From: Gemmatimonadota bacterium
GTDB taxonomy: Bacteria > Gemmatimonadota > Gemmatimonadetes > Gemmatimonadales > GWC2-71-9
Length of the DNA stretch: 64,000 bases
Reading direction: 5' to 3'
Assembly (NCBI GenBank): GCA_041486305.1
Contig: JBGPLG010000001.1
Location: 84,429 to 148,428, forward strand
Part shown: positions 37,585 to 44,675 of the stretch, piece by piece
Layout: the number at the start of each line of letters is the position of its first letter
Numbering within the stretch: the stretch's first letter is position 1
The notes under the pieces: model-generated
Told to the model about the DNA's origin: nothing
Database searches by the model: none
Seen by the model: the letters and a program-made list of their open reading frames with translations, nothing else
Program-made: the position numbers and the translations under genes

Positions 37585-37593
37585 GATCCCTCC

Positions 37594-37929
37594 TTACCGT
37601 TCCGCGGGGCCGAGCACCCGCTCCACCGCGCTCACATAACGACTCCACAGGGACACTTCGGCCCGCAGCTGGACCCGGCCCTTGGAAGTCAGACGATAGA
37701 ACTTGGCCTTCCGGTTGTTCTCGGACAGCCCCCATTCCGACTCGACCCAGCCGCGCCGCTCCAGCCGGTGCAGGGCGGGGTAGAGCGCGCCTTCCTCGAT
37801 CAGGAACTCCTCGCCGGAGCGCTCCCGGATCCAGGTGGACACCGCATAGCCGTGACGGGAGCCCCAGGAGAGGGCCTTGAGCACCAGGAGATCGAGGGTG
37901 CCCTGCAGCAGGTCGAGTGACGGAGCCAT
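37594..37929 (-). CDS. PadR family transcriptional regulator (acidobacterial-type)
   Basis: MAPSLDLLQGTLDLLVLKALSWGSRHGYAVSTWI...NNRKAKFYRLTSKG. An alternative ATG lies at 37941. The longer ORF to 38310 was rejected. Confidence 0.88.
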   Translation of the reverse strand: MAPSLDLLQGTLDLLVLKALSWGSRHGYAVSTWIRERSGEEFLIEEGALYPALHRLERRGWVESEWGLSENNRKAKFYRLTSKGRVQLRAEVSLWSRYVSAVERVLGPAER

Positions 37930-37945
37930 GACCGTTCCCATAGTG

Positions 37946-37980
37946 ATCTTATGGGAAGAGTGCCACGCTTCCCATAAGAT
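37946..37980. promoter_or_regulatory. perfect 13-9-13 inverted repeat, candidate PadR operator
   Basis: ATCTTATGGGAAG - AGTGCCACG - CTTCCCATAAGAT, 17 nt upstream of the padR ATG. Extra half-site copies lie at 37934-37943 (inverted) and 37985-37992 (direct). Confidence 0.55.
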
Positions 37981-38053
37981 GTCAATGGGAAGCCGCGATG
38001 GCGGCGGGCGGGGCGCCGCGGTATCGTAGAGATCGTCCTTCTCCGGGTCCCCC

Positions 38054-39835
38054 ATGACCGATGATGTTTCCCGGCGCGACTGGCTCAAGGCCGCCGGTGC
38101 CGCGGGCGTGGCCGGCGCCTCCGGCCTGATTCCGCCGGGAACATCCTTGCCGCTCCAGGCCCCTGCGTCGCGGTCCACGATTCTTCCCCTGGTCTCCACC
38201 TCCGAGGTCTTCGTCCCCGGACGGGGACGCGGCTTCCAGCGGTTCAGTTTCGATTTTCCCGAGCCTTCGATCGAGTTTGCCGGGCTGCGATTCGGATTCC
38301 TGGTGTTCACCCGCGAGAACGTCTACGGGCTCGATCTGGACCAAATGGAAGCGGAGGGCGACGCCGACCGCCTTACCCTCGAGGCCAGGGGGATGGTGTG
38401 GGCGGGCGGTCAGCGGCGCGCGCCGGGCCGCCTGACGGTCCGGTTCCGCCGGAGCGGCGACACCGTCGAGTGGGACGCCGAGGCGGAAATGGACCAGCCC
38501 ATCAAGAGCGTCACCACGGTGATCCGGGGCTTGCCACGGGGGAAGATTTCCGCCGGGGGCGGCGCGCCGTTCGATCCGCGGGACGACGAGCTGCTCTTCG
38601 GTTATCCGTTCGGCGCCGGCGATCTCTTTGGTGGAAACACCGCGGGGGGCTTGGGCACTCCGTACATGGCGATCGTCGGAACCGACCAGGTCTGGTCGCT
38701 CGCCTCACTCGACGACAAGGTACGGGCCAAGCGGTTTTTCTTTCAGCCCGGGGAGAGCGGTTACCGGGTCGAGGCGGTCTTCGAGGTCGAGGGTTGGCTG
38801 GATCAGCGCCGCCTGAAGGTTCCCGCGTGGAGGCTCGCGCGGGGCACGTCGCTCGACGCGGCCACCGACGCCCACTACGCCCATCTGGAGCGGGCCTACA
38901 ACTTTCCCGCCTGGGAAACCCGGGCGGATGTCCCCGATTGGCTCCGCAAGACCGCGCTGGTGCTCTCGTTGCATGGGGCCCACTACACCGGCTTCGTGTT
39001 CAACGACTATGCCCGGATGCTGGAGATCCTCCGCTGGACCGCCACCCGGATCCCCGCCGACCGGGTCCTGGTCTTTCTGCCGGCGTGGGACGGGCGCTAC
39101 TACTGGAACTACCCCCTGTACCGGGCGGACCAGGGGATGGGGGGAGAGGCCGGACTCAAGCGACTGATTGCCGAAGGGCACGCGCTGGGCTTCAAGATCA
39201 TGCCCATGTTCGGGATGAACACCGCGAACAAGCGGCATCCCGAATTCGCGAAGTTCGCCGATGCCGCCACCCAGCGAATCGACGGCGACCAGTTCGACCT
39301 CGACTGGGTGGACTGGGACAACGACCGCCACCAGGAGGGCTGGGTGGCCTACATGAACCTGGGCGTCGACTCGTGGCGCCGCTGGCTCACCGAGCGGATT
39401 GCCGACGTCATCGAGCGCTACGGCGCCGATGCGTATTTCCTGGACATTTCCGGCGGGTGGATCAACAATCAGAAGGCCGACATGCACGCGGGAACCCGCC
39501 GGATGGTCGCGGATCTCCGGGCCCGGTATCCCCAGGTGCTGGCCTGCGGCGAGTTTCCCTACGACGCACTGATGGAATTTCTCCCGCTGTTTCACGTGTA
39601 CTCGAAGCCGGGCATGAAATACTCGCGATTCTTTTCCCACCTGAGTCATCCGGCGCCGGGCCGGGGCAGCAGCGGGGTGCACGAGTCGGGCTTCGGCCGG
39701 TTCAACCCGCAGACGCTCTCCATGTCGCAGGGCCCGATCCCGACCATCAGCGTGGTCGAAGACACCTTCACGAAATACCGCGACACCATGGCCGCCGCCA
39801 TTGCCAAGGCGAAAGAGCTGGGAGGCATTCCATGA
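38054..39835 (+). CDS. TAT-exported hypothetical protein (possible TIM-barrel glycosidase-like)
   Basis: Twin-arginine signal MTDDVSRRDWLKAAGAAGVAG. No family recognised. The C-terminal half has alternating strand/helix segments with acidic motifs (AYFLDISGGW, ACGEFPYD). ATGA overlap with the GH127 gene. Confidence 0.7.
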   Translation: MTDDVSRRDWLKAAGAAGVAGASGLIPPGTSLPLQAPASRSTILPLVSTSEVFVPGRGRGFQRFSFDFPEPSIEFAGLRFGFLVFTRENVYGLDLDQMEAEGDADRLTLEARGMVWAGGQRRAPGRLTVRFRRSGDTVEWDAEAEMDQPIKSVTTVIRGLPRGKISAGGGAPFDPRDDELLFGYPFGAGDLFGGNTAGGLGTPYMAIVGTDQVWSLASLDDKVRAKRFFFQPGESGYRVEAVFEVEGWLDQRRLKVPAWRLARGTSLDAATDAHYAHLERAYNFPAWETRADVPDWLRKTALVLSLHGAHYTGFVFNDYARMLEILRWTATRIPADRVLVFLPAWDGRYYWNYPLYRADQGMGGEAGLKRLIAEGHALGFKIMPMFGMNTANKRHPEFAKFADAATQRIDGDQFDLDWVDWDNDRHQEGWVAYMNLGVDSWRRWLTERIADVIERYGADAYFLDISGGWINNQKADMHAGTRRMVADLRARYPQVLACGEFPYDALMEFLPLFHVYSKPGMKYSRFFSHLSHPAPGRGSSGVHESGFGRFNPQTLSMSQGPIPTISVVEDTFTKYRDTMAAAIAKAKELGGIP

Positions 39836-41700
39836 ATCGGAGAGAATTCGTGGCGCTGTCCGCCGCCGCGGCACTGCCCTTGTCGCGCCGCTGGGCGCGC
39901 CCCGCCGCGCCGGTGGCCCCGACGGCCGTGCCGTTCGACCTGTCCCGGATCCGCCTGCTGCCGGGTCCGCTCTACGACGAGATGCAGATCAACCGCCGGT
40001 TCCTGCTGGCCCAGGACCCCGACCGGCTGCTCCATACCTTCCGCCTCAAGGCCGGGCTCCCCTCGACCGCCGAGCCGTTGGGCGGGTGGGAAGCACCGGC
40101 CAACGAGCTACGGGGTCATTACACCGGGCACTATCTCTCGGCGTGCGCCCTGATGGCGGCGCAGGGAGATGGAGAGCTCAAGGCCCGGGGCGAGAAGCTG
40201 GTGGCCGAGCTGGCCCGGTGCCAGCAGCCGAACGGGTACCTGAGCGCCTTTCCGGAAGAATTCTTCGACCGGCTCCGCGCCGACCAGCCGGTCTGGGCGC
40301 CGTTCTACACCTATCATAAGATCATGGCCGGCCTGCTGGACATGCATGTGCACGCGGGCAGCGCGCCGGCGCTCGACCTGGTCAAGGGCATGGCGCGCTG
40401 GACCACCCGATGGACCCAGCCGCTGGGCGACTACGAGATGGCGCGGGTGCTGGAGCGGGAGTACGGCGGGATGAACGAGGTGCTCTACAATCTGTCGGTG
40501 GTGGCGCAGGACCCCGGCCTTCGGGGCACCGCCCGGCGCTTCGACCATGAGCGAGTCTTCGGGCCACTGGCGCAGGGCATGGACCAGCTCAAGGGTCTCC
40601 ATGCCAACACGCTGATCCCCAAGATCATCGGCGCTGCCAGGCGCTACGAGCTGACGGCTGACCCGCGGTACCGACGGATCGCGGAGTACTTCTGGCGCGA
40701 GGTGACCACCGCGCGGGCATATGCCACCGGGGGCACCAGCAACGGCGAAGGGTGGCAGGCCGAGCCGAACGTCCTGTCGACCCAGTTGAGCGGGTACACG
40801 CAGGAGGACTGCGTCACCTACAACATGATGAAGCTGACTCGGCATGTCTTCGGCTGGACCGCCGATCCCGGCTGCGCCGACTACTACGAACGGGCGCTCT
40901 GGAACGGTATCGTCGGAAGCCAACACCCGTCGGACGGCAACAAGCTCTATTACGTCTCCCTGGGGTCGGGGCTCTGGAAGCTGTTCGGCACGCCGAGCCA
41001 GGACTACTGGTGCTGTACCGGCTCGATGAGCGAGGCCTTTTCCAAGCTGGGCGACAGCATCTACTTCCACGACGAGAGCGGGCTGTTCGTGAACCTGTTC
41101 GCGGCCTCGGAGCTGGATTGGCAGGAGCGGGGCGTGAAGGTGGTCCAGGAAACCCTGTTTCCCTCGGAAGAGGGCACCGCGCTCACCATTCGGACCCGGA
41201 AGCCCGCCGGGTTCACGCTCCGGGTCAGAGTGCCGTATTGGGCCACCGGATCGAACTCCGCCTCGCTCAACGGAAAGCTGCTCGAAGGCTTCGCCGGGCC
41301 GGGGGGCTACTATGTGCTGGACCGCACCTGGAAGGACGGCGACCGTCTTTCGCTCAGGCTCCCGATGAGCCTCCACGCGCACCCGATGCCCGACGACCCG
41401 TCGTTGCAGGCGTTCATGTACGGCCCGCTGGTCCTGGCCGGCCGCCTGGGCGCCGAAGGGCTGACGCCGGCCACGCTTCGAGCGGAGCCCACCAAGCCGC
41501 GCACCGTCCCCAACTACCCGCTGGAACCGATCGCCGCGCCCGCGTTCAAGGCCGCGGGAGACGACCTCTCCGCCTGGATCAAGCCGGGATCCGGTCCGGG
41601 CGAGTTCCAGACCACGGGCCAGGCCCGCGATGTGACCCTGATGCCGTTCAACCGGCTCTTCGACGAGCGCTACGCCGTGTATTGGAAGGTGACGCGCTAG
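39832..41700 (+). CDS. glycoside hydrolase family 127 (beta-L-arabinofuranosidase-like, DUF1680)
   Basis: Internal ATG in the frame of ORF 38398-41700 with a TAT-like signal MNRREFVALSAAAALP. GH127 hallmarks: HYTGHYLSA, ATGGTSNGEGW, the E-x-C pair in YTQEDCVTYN, and the CC pair in DYWCCTGS (Zn/nucleophile cysteines in HypBA1, from memory). Confidence 0.85.
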   Translation: MNRREFVALSAAAALPLSRRWARPAAPVAPTAVPFDLSRIRLLPGPLYDEMQINRRFLLAQDPDRLLHTFRLKAGLPSTAEPLGGWEAPANELRGHYTGHYLSACALMAAQGDGELKARGEKLVAELARCQQPNGYLSAFPEEFFDRLRADQPVWAPFYTYHKIMAGLLDMHVHAGSAPALDLVKGMARWTTRWTQPLGDYEMARVLEREYGGMNEVLYNLSVVAQDPGLRGTARRFDHERVFGPLAQGMDQLKGLHANTLIPKIIGAARRYELTADPRYRRIAEYFWREVTTARAYATGGTSNGEGWQAEPNVLSTQLSGYTQEDCVTYNMMKLTRHVFGWTADPGCADYYERALWNGIVGSQHPSDGNKLYYVSLGSGLWKLFGTPSQDYWCCTGSMSEAFSKLGDSIYFHDESGLFVNLFAASELDWQERGVKVVQETLFPSEEGTALTIRTRKPAGFTLRVRVPYWATGSNSASLNGKLLEGFAGPGGYYVLDRTWKDGDRLSLRLPMSLHAHPMPDDPSLQAFMYGPLVLAGRLGAEGLTPATLRAEPTKPRTVPNYPLEPIAAPAFKAAGDDLSAWIKPGSGPGEFQTTGQARDVTLMPFNRLFDERYAVYWKVTR

Positions 41701-41713
41701 CGTATTTTCCGGC

Positions 41714-43450
41714 ATGCGTTTCGTCACCGGCATCCTTCTCGGCTTACCGGCCGCCCTGTCCGCGCAGGGATCGTCCCGGCCTTCGACCCCCGCGTTCACC
41801 CGGACGTTGGCCGAGGCACGGGCGGAGTTTTCCGGCCCACGGGCGCTGGCCACCACCGCATTCATCGAGCAGTACTGGCGGGTGGCGGGGAACACCGGCT
41901 TCAACGCCAGCATCGCGAGGGTGGCCGCCATCCTCGACAGCGCGGGCTTCCTGCCGGAAGACCGGGGAACCGCCTCCTCCCGGCTCACCTACCGGATCGA
42001 GCACCGCCCGATGTCGCGGCCCACCTGGGAGCCGGTAGACGGCTCGCTTACGATCGTGGGTCAGGCAACGCCCGTCCTCCGCTATGCCACGAACCGTCAT
42101 ATGCTCGGCATGTACTCGGCCTCCACGCCCGCGGGCGGAGTCGAGGCCGAGCTGGTCGACGTCGGGAAGGGCACTCCCGCGGATTTTTCGGGAAAGGACG
42201 TGGCGGGGCGGATCGTGCTCGGGGACCTGTCGCTGCGAGCTCTCTGGACCGAAGCGGTCCTGAAGCGAGGCGCGCTGGGGGTGCTGGCCTATTCGATGCC
42301 TGCTTACACCCGGCCCGAGGTGAATCGAAGCTCGATTCAGTTCACCGGGATTCCGTACGACTCGGCACGCGCCGGGTGGGGCATCCCGCTGTCCTTCGGC
42401 GCGTGGGAGTCGCTCCGCGCCGCGCTGGCCGACGGTCCGGTCCGGGTCCGGGCGGAGCTCTCGACCCGGCTCTATCGATCCGAGGAGCTGACCCTGGTGG
42501 CCGAGGTGCGCGGGAGTCGCGCACCGTCGGAGCGGTTCGTCTTCAGCGCCCATGTCCAGGAGCCGGGCGCCAACGACAACGCCTCGGGAGTGGGCGCGCT
42601 CGCGGAGCTGGCGCGGGTCACCGCTGCGCTGGTGCGGTCGGGCCAACAGGATCCGGGGCGCACCATCACCTTCCTCTGGGGCGAGGAGATCGCCTCGACG
42701 GCGCGATTCCTCAAGGACGATTCGGTCCGAACTGCGGGCGTGCGTTGGGGATTGTCGCTTGATATGGTGGGCGAAGACGCGTCGAAGACCGGCGGCACCT
42801 TCCTCATCGAGAAGATGCCGGATCCCTCGGCGGTGTGGACCCGGGGCGAGGACCACCACACCGAGTGGGGCGGATCACCGATGACGGTGGCGCAGCTCAC
42901 TCCCCACTATTTCAACGACTTCGTCCGGAACCGCTGCCTCGACCAGGCAGCGGGGACCGGGTGGGTGGTGGGGACCAACCCGTTCGAGGGCGGGAGCGAC
43001 CACACCCCATTCCTGGCCGCGGGGAAGCCCGGGCTGCTGCTCTGGCACTTCACCGATCAGTTCTATCACACCGACGGCGACCGGATCGGCAACGTGAGCG
43101 CGGGCGAGATCCGGAACGTGGGGATCTGCGCGCTGACCACGGCCCTGGCGCTGGCTTCGGCGGACGCGGTAACCGCGAGCTTCGTCATCGACGAAACCCG
43201 GCGGGCCGCGCTCGAGCGGCTGGAGAAGGAAACCGCCCTGAGCATGGCGGCGGTCCGGCGGGAAAGCACCCGGGAGAAGGAGCTGCAGATTCTCCGCGCC
43301 TGGGTCGACTGGTACCGGGGCGCCCTGGACGCGATCAGGGAAGTGGAAATCGGAGGAGCCTCAGCCGGAACGATGGCACGGATCGACGCGGCGAAGCGGG
43401 ACGTGGAGCAGGGGTTCGAGAAGGCGAGAAGACAGATCTTCTCGGAGTGA
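41714..43450 (+). CDS. M28-family metallopeptidase with PA domain
   Basis: Signal MRFVTGILLGLPAALSAQG. PA-domain insert, then M28 zinc-ligand blocks SAHVQEPGANDNASG and EGGSDHTPF. Confidence 0.85.
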   Translation: MRFVTGILLGLPAALSAQGSSRPSTPAFTRTLAEARAEFSGPRALATTAFIEQYWRVAGNTGFNASIARVAAILDSAGFLPEDRGTASSRLTYRIEHRPMSRPTWEPVDGSLTIVGQATPVLRYATNRHMLGMYSASTPAGGVEAELVDVGKGTPADFSGKDVAGRIVLGDLSLRALWTEAVLKRGALGVLAYSMPAYTRPEVNRSSIQFTGIPYDSARAGWGIPLSFGAWESLRAALADGPVRVRAELSTRLYRSEELTLVAEVRGSRAPSERFVFSAHVQEPGANDNASGVGALAELARVTAALVRSGQQDPGRTITFLWGEEIASTARFLKDDSVRTAGVRWGLSLDMVGEDASKTGGTFLIEKMPDPSAVWTRGEDHHTEWGGSPMTVAQLTPHYFNDFVRNRCLDQAAGTGWVVGTNPFEGGSDHTPFLAAGKPGLLLWHFTDQFYHTDGDRIGNVSAGEIRNVGICALTTALALASADAVTASFVIDETRRAALERLEKETALSMAAVRRESTREKELQILRAWVDWYRGALDAIREVEIGGASAGTMARIDAAKRDVEQGFEKARRQIFSE

Positions 43451-43490
43451 GATCGCTTCGGTCCTGGGGGCCTCGCGAAGACTCCGACGC

Positions 43491-44675
43491 CTAGCGCAGT
43501 TCCCGCAACCGGGCCAGCTCGGCCGATTCGATCAGCCGTCCGCTCAGGACCACCGCGGACAGCGAGCGAAGGTTCCTGATGTCGGCGAGCGGGTCGGCGT
43601 CGAGCACCAGAAACATCGCCGGCGCCCCCACTTCGATGCGCCCGCTGCCGTGGTGCAGCACCGCCTCGGCAGCGGTGGTGGTGCCGGCCGCCAGGGCCTG
43701 GCGTGGCGTCATCCCGATCTCCACCAGCCGTTCCAGCTCGAGCAGCAGCACGTCGCCGTGCCGTTCCAGTACGTCGGAGCCGGCCAGGATCGGCACTCCC
43801 GCCTTCACGATCCGTCCCGCGAGCAGCTTCATCCGCGCATACGCCTCCCGCCGCCGCGCCGCGACCTCGGGGCTCGCCGTGGCAAAGGTCGCCTCATAGC
43901 CGACCAGGGTCGGATCGAAGAAGGTGTGGTTGCGCTTGAGAACGGCCCAGATGGAATCGCCATGGGGGCCCATGAGCCGGTCGGTGATCTGGAGGAACAG
44001 CTCGGGGGTCACCTTCAAGTCGGGCTGCTCGTTCTCGAAGATGGTCTGAATGTGCTCGATGGTACGCATGCCGCGATTCGACGCCTCGATCCAGGAGAGC
44101 GCCAGGGGAACATGTCCGCTCACCGTGAGGCCATTGCGGCGTGCCTCATCGATGACCGCGAGAAACGCCGGCCTTCCGATCGCGCGGTGCACCTTGATGA
44201 AGTCCACGCCCAGCGCCCGGAGCTCGCGCACGGCCGCGCGGGCCTCGGCCTCGGTGACGACCTTGCGGTGGAACGGGGCGGGCTGCTCGCCGTTGAGGGT
44301 GGGGCCGGCCATCACGATCTCGGGCCCGATCCGGTCGCCGGAACGGATCCGGCCCCGCAACGGAAACAGGGTGTCGGGAAACCCGCCCATGTCGCGTATA
44401 CCGAGCACGCCGTACCCGACGTACTGTTCCGGCGCATTCCCGACCGGGCCGGACGACGCCAGATGGGCGTGCATGTCCCAGAGCCCCGGGACCAGGAATT
44501 TTCCATGCGCATCGACGACCCGGGCGCCGGGAGGAACCCGGGGCGCCCGCCCGACGGCCGTCACGTGCCCGCGTTCCACCACCACGGTGCCCTGGGTGGC
44601 CGGGCTCTTCCCGGTGGGATCGATGATGGTGCCGTTGGCGATGACCAGCGCCTGCGCAAGCAGCGATCCTATCAA
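43491..44675 (-). CDS. amidohydrolase-superfamily metal hydrolase (Xaa-Pro dipeptidase / imidazolonepropionase-like)
   Basis: VIANGTIIDPTG...GKFLVPGLWDMHAHL (HxH metal motif). I prefer the TTG start at 44675: GGGAGG lies 4 nt upstream and it forms a TTGA overlap with the permease stop. The longest ORF starts at GTG 44735. Confidence 0.82.
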   Translation of the reverse strand: MIGSLLAQALVIANGTIIDPTGKSPATQGTVVVERGHVTAVGRAPRVPPGARVVDAHGKFLVPGLWDMHAHLASSGPVGNAPEQYVGYGVLGIRDMGGFPDTLFPLRGRIRSGDRIGPEIVMAGPTLNGEQPAPFHRKVVTEAEARAAVRELRALGVDFIKVHRAIGRPAFLAVIDEARRNGLTVSGHVPLALSWIEASNRGMRTIEHIQTIFENEQPDLKVTPELFLQITDRLMGPHGDSIWAVLKRNHTFFDPTLVGYEATFATASPEVAARRREAYARMKLLAGRIVKAGVPILAGSDVLERHGDVLLLELERLVEIGMTPRQALAAGTTTAAEAVLHHGSGRIEVGAPAMFLVLDADPLADIRNLRSLSAVVLSGRLIESAELARLRELR

